Assembly: GCA_963664435.2 (NCBI GenBank)
Contig: CAXXKM010000001.1
Coordinates: forward strand, 704,001-768,000
Origin: Longimicrobiales bacterium
GTDB lineage: Bacteria > Gemmatimonadota > Gemmatimonadetes > Longimicrobiales > Gaopeijiaceae
Length of the DNA: 64,000 nt
Direction: 5' to 3'
Positions 17,192-27,114 of this stretch are shown here, one piece after another; positions within the stretch are counted from its first letter, which is position 1; every line of letters begins with the position of its first letter. A program made the translations under genes and the position numbers. Under the pieces are notes generated by a model. It searched no databases. It saw only the letters and a list, made by a program, of their open reading frames with translations, and had not been told where the DNA came from.

Positions 17192-18043
17192 TCAAATCTC
17201 GGCGAAGAACTCCGGTTGAGGTCTTGTCCTCTTCACCAACTCCGTGCTTACCCCGAGTTCCAGCTTCCTCAGGAGCCCACAAAGAGCCAATCCGTCGATG
17301 AGGTCGATAGCCGGCGCTCCATCCCGTACGGCTTCCCGCACTGCACCGCTCGTGAACCGGCCCGTCGTCATGAACAGGCCCTTGTCCGCGCGACCGACCA
17401 TTGCCCCTCTGAAGTCTCGGATCTCCCTCGCTTGCACGGAACCAGCGTACCTCTTGCACTGAAATCGCACGTGAAACGAGATGAGGTTGACCCGCAACAC
17501 ACCGGCCCCGTCGATACCGCCGTCGCCAGATCGTCCCGTTACCTCAACCTTCGTGAAGCCCGATTCCCTCAGAATCCGCTGACACAGGCGCTCAAAAGCG
17601 GCAGGCGTCAATTCACGCAAGATAGCCAACAGATCTTCCTCCCAGTCGCTTTCAGTCGAGGGCTCGGGGTCCTTCGACCTGTCGGCAGTTGCCGGCTTGA
17701 CGCGTTCGCGCCAGCGACGCTTGCGCTCCCGACGGACGAGATCGCGCAACTCCTCGTCCGAAGGCATCGCTCGGCCCTTCGGAGTGATCCTCCAAACGCC
17801 GCGGGCCGTGTTGTCGACGGCACCGACCCACTTGAGGTTGGTCCGTGCCCACGCGAGGCGGTAGCCAACTTCTGTCTGCGGGCCTTCGCCGTGAAGCTCG
17901 TCGGCAACCACATCCGGCAAAGCCAACAGCCGCGTGACCTGTTCCGAGAGTTCTTGGATCGACGCCGAACCGCCGTTGTTCTTCAGAACCTCCAGCGTCG
18001 GCCAGAGCAGGTCTTTGTAGGTCGGCATCTCTGGTGCCGTCAC
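17192..18043 (-). CDS. mrr: Mrr-family type IV restriction endonuclease
   Basis: Mrr N-terminal PTYKDLLWPTLEVL...RLAWARTNLK; catalytic DGGIDG...QCKRY. Confidence 0.9.
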   Translation of the reverse strand: MTAPEMPTYKDLLWPTLEVLKNNGGSASIQELSEQVTRLLALPDVVADELHGEGPQTEVGYRLAWARTNLKWVGAVDNTARGVWRITPKGRAMPSDEELRDLVRRERKRRWRERVKPATADRSKDPEPSTESDWEEDLLAILRELTPAAFERLCQRILRESGFTKVEVTGRSGDGGIDGAGVLRVNLISFHVRFQCKRYAGSVQAREIRDFRGAMVGRADKGLFMTTGRFTSGAVREAVRDGAPAIDLIDGLALCGLLRKLELGVSTELVKRTRPQPEFFAEI

Positions 18044-18520
18044 CGGTCAGCCTCCAGGCGTAAACTCGAACGTGGCCAACGATCCATGTCGGGGAATGTA
18101 GCCTCGCACGGCTTCGCGGTGTAGATCTTCGTAGCGGCTGAGAAGCCCGTCCCGCCGACTCGGCAAGCCAGGGGGAGCAGAGATGTCGAATCCTGACGCC
18201 GAACCGTTTTTCCGTCGTCTTTGACACCATCCAGGAGACCGGCGGAACACTCTCCCGAGCGCTCCAGCACTGCGCCCGCCGGTCCCCCGATCTCCGGGGC
18301 GGGCTCGCCCGCCCCTCCCATCGGGGTTGGATTCCGAGACTGTCGTGTCACAGCTTCCCGCACGTGGCTCGAAGGCCGCGATCCGTCGGGTCGTCCACAA
18401 CCGTCCCGTACGGGCGATTGGAATCCCGTCCGGGAAGAGGTATGAAATGAGGTAACCTCTTGGTCGCGGGTCATGTAAGTATTTGCATAGCAGTCACTTA
18501 TGATCTTTTCTGACACACTG

Positions 18521-18859
18521 GCGGCGCGCAGAGCGCAGGCGGCGGCGGACGCGGAGATCGAGGCGTTCCGCGCCTCCTACCCCACCCGGCTTGCGTTCGA
18601 GTACCGGCTGGACCGGGATGCCTCGAAGCGTCCATTCCTCGTCGAGGCGATGTGGCATGACGGGCAGTTCACCTATCTGCGATCGCGCGCCCAGGAAGCG
18701 CCGGCGCTCTATGAACTGCGGGACGGCGAGCCGAGCCTGGTCGCGTTCGATCTGACAGAGGACGGCCTCTACGTCGCGCGCCGCGTGCTGGGCGACGGCT
18801 GGCTCCAGATCGGAGACGAGCGGCTGCGCTGGCGGTTCGAGCCCGGGGACGCGCGATGA
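18521..18859 (+). pseudogene. virB9: VirB9/TrbG C-terminal part
   Basis: YPTRLAFEY...MWHDGQFTYLR...EAPALY...LVAF; abuts the virB10 start. Confidence 0.8.
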
Positions 18860-20112
18860 GCCGCTGGAAGCAGTGGATCAAGGAGCCGAAGGGCGCTCTG
18901 CCGGGCGGCATCATCACGAAGGCGGGGATCGCGCTGATCGGCGTGCTCATCGCCGGCATGCTGTTCTCGTCGTCGCTCACGGGTCCCGAGGAGGACCCGA
19001 TGGCCCCCGCCCCTTTCGAGGCGCAGGCCGTGGACGACCGCGCGGGGCGCTCGTTCGAGGGACGGCTGCGCGCCGAGGCGGAGCGCCAGGTCCTGCGCGC
19101 CGCGGCCGACGATGCCCGCGCCGACAGCGAACGCCGCCAGGCCGAGGCCGAGACGGCCGGGGCGGGTGGCAGGAGCGGAAGCGGCGAGCGCGGAGCGGGT
19201 GGAGGAGCAGAGGGGACGGCCGGCATGGTCCAGGCCGAGTACGAGCTTCGCGAGGCGCTACGGCTCGAAGAGATCGAGCGGCGGACGCGCTCGCTCCGCT
19301 CGCTGCCCGTCGCACAGACGTACCGGGACCCGAACGAAGCGCGGGACCCAACCCGCCCGTCGGCGGCCGAGCCCGAGCCGCCCGAGGCGGCGCTCGATGC
19401 AATGCTCGCGTCCTTCGGACAGTCGGTCGCCGCCTTGGAGGCCGAGATGCAGGCCGGGATGGCGGCCGAAGGGCTTTCGCTTGGCTCGCCGGAAGCTGGC
19501 CCGCAGGGCACTCGCGTCCCCGGCACGGCGGACCCGAGCCTCAGCGTCCGGCCGCTCGACCCGCCGGGCTGGGAGCGGATCCGGGAGGGCTCGTTCCTCG
19601 AAGCCGTGCTGGTCACCCAACTGTCGGGCGAGTTCCCCGGACCCGTGCTCGCGATGGTGTCGGTGCCGCTGTATTCGGCGGACCGGCAGCGGGTCCTCGT
19701 TCCACGCGGCGCGCGCGTCGTCGGCACCGCCCGGGCCGTGCAGGACCGCGACCAGAGCCGCCTGGCGGTCGCGTTCCACCGGCTGCTGCTGCCGGACGGA
19801 AGCTGGATCGACCTTGAGTTCGCCGGGCTGAACCAGGCGGGCGAGGGCGCGCTCAAGGACCAGGTGAGCCGCCACTACTTCTCGACGTTCGCCGCCGCGG
19901 GTGCGGTCGGCGCGCTGAGCGGACTCACGCTGGCCGGAGCCTCGCCCTACGGCCTCCGGGCCGGCGTCGGCCAGGGGCTCGGAGGCAGCGCCACCTCCGT
20001 CCTCGACCGGTTCCTGAACCGGATGCCCGAGATCACGATCCGCGCCGGCCACCGGCTCCGCATCTGGTTTACCGCCGATGCCCTCATTCCCACCCCCGAC
20101 CCACACCAATGA
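18856..20112 (+). CDS. virB10: TrbI/VirB10
   Basis: N-terminal TM; GSFLEAVLVTQLSGEFPGPV...VPRGARVVG...PEITIRAG. Confidence 0.9.
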   Translation: MSRWKQWIKEPKGALPGGIITKAGIALIGVLIAGMLFSSSLTGPEEDPMAPAPFEAQAVDDRAGRSFEGRLRAEAERQVLRAAADDARADSERRQAEAETAGAGGRSGSGERGAGGGAEGTAGMVQAEYELREALRLEEIERRTRSLRSLPVAQTYRDPNEARDPTRPSAAEPEPPEAALDAMLASFGQSVAALEAEMQAGMAAEGLSLGSPEAGPQGTRVPGTADPSLSVRPLDPPGWERIREGSFLEAVLVTQLSGEFPGPVLAMVSVPLYSADRQRVLVPRGARVVGTARAVQDRDQSRLAVAFHRLLLPDGSWIDLEFAGLNQAGEGALKDQVSRHYFSTFAAAGAVGALSGLTLAGASPYGLRAGVGQGLGGSATSVLDRFLNRMPEITIRAGHRLRIWFTADALIPTPDPHQ

Positions 20113-20129
20113 CACGAAAGGAATCTCCC

Positions 20130-21035
20130 ATGCTCCACCGCATCCTCGCCCCCGCCGTTTTCCTTGCGCTGTTCACCCTTGCGAGCCCCAGGCCCGCGAG
20201 CGCCCAGTTCGACTTCGGCAGCTGGGTCCAGCGCGCCACGATCATCGCGAATCAGATCAGGCAGATCACGAACCAGGTCAGCCAGATCCGGTCGATGGCC
20301 CGCCAGCTCACCGAGCTCGAGGACCAGCTCGATCACATGGAGCGCGCCGCGCGCGGCGAGATCGACGCGCTGCTCGCGCCGTTCTCCCGGCTCGCCGCCG
20401 AGCCCGTGGGACTGGTGCGCGACGGACTCTCCTGGAGCGCGGACTTCCAGGGCCCGGCACGACAGACGGTCGATGCCGTTCGGGGCATGGGAAGCGGCGG
20501 CCGCTCGTTCACCGGACTCTGGCAAGGCGCGAGAAGCGCGGCCGACCGGGTGTCGGAAGCCGACGTCGTCGCGCTGTTCCGCGACTTGCCGCCCGAGGCC
20601 GCCACGCGCGCGGCCGCGGACTACCGCCGCGCCCGCGAAGCCGCCGACCGGCAGCGCGTGCTCGACTACGCGACGCTCGACGCGGCGACCGAACTCGCCG
20701 AGACCATCGAGAGCGCGCAGGGCTCGTTCGCCGGCCTGACCGCGAACGGCAACCTGTCCAACACCGCTCTGCAGCAGGCCGGGGTCGCGGCCGCGCTGAG
20801 CCAGGGCCAGATCAACGCGGGCGTCGCACAGGTGCTCGCCCAGCAGGCCGCGCGGGAGGCGAGCCGGGCGCAGTTGGCCGAACTCGCGCGCCTCGAAGGG
20901 CTCGCCGCGTGGAGTGAAGGCCGGACGCGCGCGAACGCGATGGCGGGGACGCTTCGCGACGCGGCGTCCCGGAACCGCACCGCGCTCCGCGACGGGCTGC
21001 TTCTCAAGATCCCGTCGTTCTACGCGGGCAACTAG
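20130..21035 (+). CDS. TrbJ/VirB5-like secreted protein
   Basis: Signal peptide ASAQ, Q-rich coiled coil (NQIRQITNQVSQ), position before virB6. Confidence 0.6.
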   Translation: MLHRILAPAVFLALFTLASPRPASAQFDFGSWVQRATIIANQIRQITNQVSQIRSMARQLTELEDQLDHMERAARGEIDALLAPFSRLAAEPVGLVRDGLSWSADFQGPARQTVDAVRGMGSGGRSFTGLWQGARSAADRVSEADVVALFRDLPPEAATRAAADYRRAREAADRQRVLDYATLDAATELAETIESAQGSFAGLTANGNLSNTALQQAGVAAALSQGQINAGVAQVLAQQAAREASRAQLAELARLEGLAAWSEGRTRANAMAGTLRDAASRNRTALRDGLLLKIPSFYAGN

Positions 21036-22168
21036 TGTTGTGCCGCTAAAGCGGTGTTGGCACGGTTGACCTTAGCCAGGATGTCGCGAACGGTGGCGGT
21101 CCAGACGAAGGGTTTCGGGGCGCGGTTCCTGTGGTCGATGTAGGACGTGATCGCGTGGACGAGCTGGCCGACGCTGTGGACGGCGAGGCGTTTGAGCTGG
21201 CGCTGCGTGAGTTCGGAGAAGAAGCGCTCGACGAGATTGAGCCACGAGGACGAGGTGGGCACGAAGTGGAAGTGGACTCGGGGGTGCCGGTCCAGCCAGT
21301 CCTTCACTCGGGCATGCTTGTGGGTGGCGTAGTTGTCGAGGATGAAGTGCAGGTCGAGTTCCGGGTCGCATTGTTTTTCGACGGTGCGCAGGAAGCGGAG
21401 GAACTCCTGGTGCCGGTGACGGGGCAGACACTGGTGGATGACCTCTCCGGTGGCGACGTCCAGCGCCGCGAACAGCGTCGTGGTCCCGTGGCGCTTGTAG
21501 TCGTGCGTCATGGTGCCCGCCCGTCCCTTCTTGAGCGGCAACCCCGGCTGGGTCCGGTCCAGGGCCTGGATCTGGCTCTTCTCGTCGAAGGAGAAGACGA
21601 TCGCCCGCTCCGGCGGCGCCACGTAGAGCCCCACCACGTCGCGGAGCTTCTCGACGAAGCGGGGATCGGTGGAGAGCTTGAAGTAGCGCACCCTGTGGGG
21701 CTTCAGTCCGTGGGCGTTCCAGATCCGCCCCACCTGGCTGTGATGCAGCCCCATGCCCTCGGCCATCAGGCGGGTGCTCCAGTGCGTCCCCCGCGGCGGT
21801 TTCTCCTCGAGCGTGCGGCGCACGACCTCGGCCTCGACTTCGGGCGTGATCGTACTTCGCGGCCGACCGGGGCGGGACCGATCCTCAAGTCCCGCGAGCC
21901 CCTCTTCGTCGTACCGGTCCAGCCATCTTTGCACGGTCGGCAGCGAGACGCCGATCTCGCGGGCCAGCGTCCGGCCCGGCAAACCTCCGGCCGAACCCAG
22001 TATGATCCGGGCGCGCTCCACGCGCCGCTGCGGGGTCGTGCGGGCTCGAACCCATCCCTCGAGCTCCTTGCGGTCCCCGGGTCGCAATCGAATCCTTCGC
22101 AGAGCAGGCATGCATGGAAGATAGCGGCTTCTCCATGCGTTAACCCTGCCACTTATGCGACACTACAC
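21035..22168 (-). mobile_element. IS630-family element, copy 1 (transposase 21032-22111)
   Basis: DEKSQIQAL, HDYKRHGTTTLFAAL, DNYATHK, SWLNLVERFF; TA duplicated within CTAG; imperfect IRs GTGTAGTGTCGC/GTGTTGTGCCGC. Confidence 0.95.
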
Positions 22169-22183
22169 TAGGGGGCGTTCGCG

Positions 22184-23161
22184 ATGCAGCAGTCGATCGA
22201 CCCGAACGTCCCCACGCAGATCCCCGACGACCAGCTCCAGGACTTCAAGAGCTTCCTGGACGTGGTGCTCGACACCGTGGTCGGCGGCGCGGCGCCCGAC
22301 GTGCACACGCTCGGGCTCCAGCTGTGGGGCGGGCTCGCCGCCGTCATGGTCGCCTGGACGGGCCTGAAGATCGCGTTCAGCGGCACCTTCCAGCCTTGGG
22401 ACATCATCAAGCTCGTGATCGGGATCGCCATCCCCCGCACGATGCTCCACTACTACATCGTGCCCATCCCGGGCGTCGGGCTCACGTTCCCGGCCACCAT
22501 CGCGGCTGGCGGCACCTGGCTCCAGAACCTGTTCCTCTCCGACGTGGTGTCGGCAGGCTACACGGAGATGGCGGCGCTCGTGCAGGCGTACTCCGCGCAC
22601 CTGAGCGCCGCCTGGTCGGGCGGGAACCTGCTCTCGATCGTCACCTCGGGCGTGACCGTGATCTTCTCCTCGCTCGTCTCGGTCGTGATGGGCGCCTCGC
22701 TCGTCGCCTGCCTGCTCGCGCTGTTCTGCATCACCTACGCGCAGGTCATCTGGGCGCAGGTCGCCATCGCGATCGCGATCCTGCTCGGTCCGGTGTTCAT
22801 CGCGTTCCTGCTCTTCGAGCCGCTCTCGTTCCTGTTCTGGGGATGGTTCAGGACGCTGATGGTCTACACGCTCTACGGCGTCGTGGCCGGTGCCGTGCTC
22901 CGCGTCTTCATGGGCGTCGGGCTCGGCTACATCACGACCTACGCCGACGCCCTCATGGGCACCGGCACCGCCGACGCGGGCGAGCTCTGGCTCTGGGCCG
23001 TCGTCCTCATGCCGCTCGTCGTCTCGGGCCTCTGGGCCGGGCTCAAGGTCGGCGAACTCGCCTCGATGCTGGTCTCCGGCTCCGGCTCCGCCGGGTCCGG
23101 GTTCGTCGCGCTCGTCATGCAGGGCGCCAGCAAGGCCGCCGTCCCCGCGAAGCCCGTCTAA
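22184..23161 (+). CDS. virB6: TrbL/VirB6 polytopic membrane protein
   Basis: Multiple TM segments; LLGPVFIAFLLFEPLSFLFWGW. Confidence 0.85.
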   Translation: MQQSIDPNVPTQIPDDQLQDFKSFLDVVLDTVVGGAAPDVHTLGLQLWGGLAAVMVAWTGLKIAFSGTFQPWDIIKLVIGIAIPRTMLHYYIVPIPGVGLTFPATIAAGGTWLQNLFLSDVVSAGYTEMAALVQAYSAHLSAAWSGGNLLSIVTSGVTVIFSSLVSVVMGASLVACLLALFCITYAQVIWAQVAIAIAILLGPVFIAFLLFEPLSFLFWGWFRTLMVYTLYGVVAGAVLRVFMGVGLGYITTYADALMGTGTADAGELWLWAVVLMPLVVSGLWAGLKVGELASMLVSGSGSAGSGFVALVMQGASKAAVPAKPV

Positions 23162-23181
23162 GACATGAGGAGATCCTGGTA

Positions 23182-23850
23182 ATGAAACGAGACAGGAACG
23201 CCGGCCGCGAGTACGCCGAGATATGGGGCGAGGCCGTGCAGGCGAACCGGAAGCTCCGCACCATCCTGATCTTCCTCTCCGCGAGCTGCGTCCTCGGCGT
23301 CTTCGTCCTGCTGCGGATCGCGGGTGCCGAGCCGCCCAAGCCCATCGTGGTGCGGGTCGACGAGGTCGGGCGCGCCGAGGCGCTCGCCTACGAGGCCGCC
23401 ACCGCCCAGGCCGATCCGCTCGATCCCACGACCAAGTACTTCCTGAACCGGTTCGTCAACGACTTCCACTCGCGCCGCCGCGTGACCGTCCAGGAGTACT
23501 GGACCCGGAGCCTCCGGTTCCTGTCGACCGAACTCGCGAACGCCGCGTTCGCCAGCGACGGCGACGAGGTCGCGAGCGTGGCGGCCGGCACGGCCGAGAC
23601 CGAACGCCAGGTCGAGCGGGTCGTGCTCCGCATCCATCCCTCGCCCGAGCCGCCGCACGGGGCCACCGCCGACTTCGAGGTCGTGCATCTCGCGGCCGGA
23701 CAGGAGGTCCTGCGCGAGCGCTGGTCCGTCGCGCTCCGGTTCGAGTTCCTCGACTCGATCCCGCCCGAGCTGGTCGTCCACAACCCCATGGGCATCCTCA
23801 TCACCTACCTCCAGGCCGACCGGGCGCTGGTGACGGGGGAGGAGCGATGA
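23182..23850 (+). CDS. virB8: TrbF/VirB8
   Basis: KPIVVRVDEVG...YFLNRFV...HNPMGILIT. Confidence 0.85.
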   Translation: MKRDRNAGREYAEIWGEAVQANRKLRTILIFLSASCVLGVFVLLRIAGAEPPKPIVVRVDEVGRAEALAYEAATAQADPLDPTTKYFLNRFVNDFHSRRRVTVQEYWTRSLRFLSTELANAAFASDGDEVASVAAGTAETERQVERVVLRIHPSPEPPHGATADFEVVHLAAGQEVLRERWSVALRFEFLDSIPPELVVHNPMGILITYLQADRALVTGEER

Positions 23851-24779
23851 TCGCGCACCTCAAAGGGCGCGAGCAGGCGCTTGAACCGTTCGGCTGGAAG
23901 GGACGCGAGGCCGAGTGGATCGCGCTGGTGTGCCTGCACAGCGGCGTGTGCACGCGCGCCCAGTGGACGCGGTTCATGAACGCGCACCCGGAACAGGTCC
24001 GGCGCGGCGTCCACGCGCTGATCGCGGCGCGCGTCGCGAGCGAGGAGACCGAGCCCCGCATCGCCGGCATGGGCCGGGTCTGCCGGATCTTCTCACGGCC
24101 CGTCTACCGGGCGCTCGGCGCGGAGCACATCCGCCACCGCCGTGGAGCATCGACCGAGGTGCTCCTGCGGCGCCTGCTTTCGCTCGACTACGTGATCGAG
24201 CATGCCGACCTGCCTTGGCTGCCGACCGAAACCGAGAAGGTCGCCGCGTTCGAGGCGCTCGGCATCGAGCGCTCGCTGCTGCCCGTGCGCGTGTACCGGG
24301 GAGCCGCCGGGAACACCCGGCGCCACTTCCCCGTCAAGCTGCCCGTCGCGCTCGACTCGGCGCGCGCCCTGTTCGTCTACGCCGACCCCGGCCACGACAC
24401 CTCGACGGCGCTCCGCTCGTGGGGCAAGGCGCACCGCGGACTCTGGCGCGCGCTACGGAGACTTGGCCGGTCGGTCGAGGTCGTCGCTGTCGCCCGCACC
24501 GGGCGCGAACTGCAGCGTGCGCGGCGGGTGACGCGCGGATGGGCCGGGTCCACCGGACGCGCCGGAACCGAACCCGGGACGGCCGAGGAACTTGCCCGCA
24601 TCGAGCGGGCGATCCTTCAGGGCGCGGTCCACGTCCTCGAGGAGTTCGGCGGCCTCCAGGCCGCGCTGAAGCGCAGCGTCGCGCTCGAAAGACAAGCGCG
24701 GCGGCGGGGCGGGCGCGGATCGATCGACCGCGGCGTCGCCTGGCGGACCGAGCGACTCGCGAGGGTCCGCTACCGATGA
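23847..24779 (+). CDS. Conserved hypothetical ICE protein (possible winged-helix DNA-processing accessory protein)
   Basis: Coupled to virB8 (ATGA overlap); GWKGREAEWIALVCLHSG...RRLLSLDYVI. Confidence 0.55.
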   Translation: MIAHLKGREQALEPFGWKGREAEWIALVCLHSGVCTRAQWTRFMNAHPEQVRRGVHALIAARVASEETEPRIAGMGRVCRIFSRPVYRALGAEHIRHRRGASTEVLLRRLLSLDYVIEHADLPWLPTETEKVAAFEALGIERSLLPVRVYRGAAGNTRRHFPVKLPVALDSARALFVYADPGHDTSTALRSWGKAHRGLWRALRRLGRSVEVVAVARTGRELQRARRVTRGWAGSTGRAGTEPGTAEELARIERAILQGAVHVLEEFGGLQAALKRSVALERQARRRGGRGSIDRGVAWRTERLARVRYR

Positions 24780-25077
24780 GCGGCCAGCGTGCTGTGCCGC
24801 ACCGCGGCGTGAAAACGACGCGAGGGGTCGTTTCACGATTCGGCCCTCCGGCGATTCACATGCGGCCTTCCGTCCATCCGCTTGCGCGGTGGCGTCTTGC
24901 GGCCTCGCGGCCCGCCCGCCCGTTGCCGGACGGGCCGCATCGGCCGTGGCGGGAGCGACCCCCCTCGCCGAAGGCTCGGTGCGGCGTAGGGCCGAGTGTG
25001 TTTTCACACGACTCGCCCCTCCGCCCTCCAGGGGTCGCTCCCGCAGCATCGATCCCTCCGGGAAGGGTGTCGGACCG

Positions 25078-27114
25078 ATGAGGCCGTGGACGCTCGTCCT
25101 CATCGGATTGGCGCTGACGGCGCTCGCCTGGCGCACGTTCGTCGCGCCGTTCCCCGGTCCGGGCGCCAACCCGTACCTCGACCTGATCGCCCACCACGAT
25201 CCCGGCCTGCACCGCGCGATCCACCTCTGGTACTTCCTCACGCCCGGCGTGGCCGTGCTCCTGGCCGGCAGCATCATGCTCTCCGTTTCGCGGGTCTGGC
25301 TCCAGCCGCGAAGGGGACGCGGAGCGCGCGGGCAGCTCCCCGACTGGCCCAACTCACCCGCCGCCGATGCGCCGTCGCTCGTCGTCGGCGAACTGCACCA
25401 CCCCACGGTCGCCACGGAGAGCGAGCGGCCCTCCTGGCTCGTCGTCCCCGAGAAGGGACTCTACACCGGCATCCTCGTCGTCGGGGCCGTCGGCACCGGC
25501 AAGACCACCGCCTGCATGTACCCGTTCGCCCGGCAGCTCCTCACCTGGCAAGCGGACGATCCCCGGCGCCGCGCGGGCGCGCTCGTGCTCGAAGTCAAGG
25601 GGGACTTCTGCCACCAGGTGCGTCGCATCCTCACGAGGGCCGACCGAGAGGACGACTACCTGGAGATCGGGCTCGGGGGCTCGTGGCAGTGGAACCCGCT
25701 CGACGATCCGCTGCTCGACTCCTACTCGATGGCCTACGGCGTCGCCTCGCTCATCAACCAGCTCTTCGGCAAGTCGCGCGAACCGTTCTGGCAGCAGGCG
25801 TACACGAACCTCGTCCGGTGGATCGTCGAGCTTCACCGGCTCCTGCCGGGGAGCTGGGTAACGCTGCGCGACGTGTACCGCTGCACGGTGGACGCCGAGC
25901 TCTTCGCCCGGAAGATCGGGGAAGCGAAGGCGCAGGCTCTGCGGCTGTGTCCCACGCGGGCCGTGATCGCCGTCAAGGATCTCAACGCGCACCGGGAGGC
26001 CCTCGAGGACTGGGACTGGGACATGGCGCCCGGCGCCAGGACCGTGGCCTGCCGCCTCGACCCGGAACGCGCGGCCGTGCTCGGGAAGCTGAAGGTCGAG
26101 TACGCCTCGGAGCCGGAAGGCGGGAGCGCGGGACGCGAATACGCCGAGCAGGTCGAGGCCATCGAACGATGGTACCGGCACGACTGGATGGCGCTCGACG
26201 CCAAACTCCGCACCTCGATCGTCGAGGGGATCAGCGTGTTCCTGTCGCTGTTCGACCAGCCCGAGGTCGCCGGCGTGTTCTGTCCGCCCCCGCCGGCCGA
26301 CGATCCTCCGGCCACGCGGACGCACGACGAAGACGGCGAGGAGATCCCGGACGTTCGGCCCATGCCGGGGCTCCGCCGGAGGCTGCCGCCGCTCAGCGAC
26401 CTAATCGAAGGCGGCAAGGTGCTCGCGCTCAACATGCCCGCGGGCGCGAACCCGGCGCTCGCCCGCGCCATCGGCGTGTTCCTCAAGAACGCATGGATGC
26501 AGGCGCTGCTCCGGCGGCCCGCCGAGGCCGCGCGCCGTCCCGAGCGCTACATGCGGCCCGCCGTGTTCATCTGCGACGAGTACCAGGCGTTCGCGACCGT
26601 GGGCCAGGACGACCCGTCCGGCGACGAGAAGGCGTTCGCGCTCACGCGGCAGTGCCGCTGCATACCGATCGTCGCCACGCAGTCGATCTCGTCGCTGCGC
26701 TCCGTGCTGCCCTCGGGCGAGGCGTGGCGCACGCTCGTCCAGACGCTCCGCACCCGGATCTTCCTGTCGCTGTCCGACGACGCGTCGGCCAAGATCGCGT
26801 CCGACATGTGCGGCTCCGTCATGAAGACGCAGGCGTCCTACACGTTCACCGAGACCACGAACAAGCCCGAGTTCTCGCTCCTGTCCGGCCGCGCCGGAGG
26901 AGGGGACGGCAGCATCGGCGCGAGCAAGTCGTTCCGCCGGCAGAGGGAGCCGGTGTTCACGCCGCGCCAGTTCGGGCTGCTCGCCAACTACCAGGCGATC
27001 TGCCTGCCCTACGACGGCGTCAAGTCGCTCCCGGCCCGCCGCGTCTACCTCAAGCCCCACTACCTGCCCAGGGAGCAGGGCTACTGGCGGCAACTGGAGG
27101 AGGGCAGGATATGA
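25078..27114 (+). CDS. virD4: VirD4/TraG-like type IV coupling protein
   Basis: N-terminal TMs; GAVGTGKT Walker A; ICDEYQ; VATQSISSL. Confidence 0.88.
   Translation: MRPWTLVLIGLALTALAWRTFVAPFPGPGANPYLDLIAHHDPGLHRAIHLWYFLTPGVAVLLAGSIMLSVSRVWLQPRRGRGARGQLPDWPNSPAADAPSLVVGELHHPTVATESERPSWLVVPEKGLYTGILVVGAVGTGKTTACMYPFARQLLTWQADDPRRRAGALVLEVKGDFCHQVRRILTRADREDDYLEIGLGGSWQWNPLDDPLLDSYSMAYGVASLINQLFGKSREPFWQQAYTNLVRWIVELHRLLPGSWVTLRDVYRCTVDAELFARKIGEAKAQALRLCPTRAVIAVKDLNAHREALEDWDWDMAPGARTVACRLDPERAAVLGKLKVEYASEPEGGSAGREYAEQVEAIERWYRHDWMALDAKLRTSIVEGISVFLSLFDQPEVAGVFCPPPPADDPPATRTHDEDGEEIPDVRPMPGLRRRLPPLSDLIEGGKVLALNMPAGANPALARAIGVFLKNAWMQALLRRPAEAARRPERYMRPAVFICDEYQAFATVGQDDPSGDEKAFALTRQCRCIPIVATQSISSLRSVLPSGEAWRTLVQTLRTRIFLSLSDDASAKIASDMCGSVMKTQASYTFTETTNKPEFSLLSGRAGGGDGSIGASKSFRRQREPVFTPRQFGLLANYQAICLPYDGVKSLPARRVYLKPHYLPREQGYWRQLEEGRI

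Larger units (their letters stand above)
15322..18526. mobile_element. 3.2-kb integrative element (P4-like integrase plus Mrr) inserted in virB9
   Basis: Flanked by GGCGACG (15315-15321) and GGCGGCG (18520-18526) in the same codon phase; ATGAGGTAA near both ends (candidate arm sites). Confidence 0.8.
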
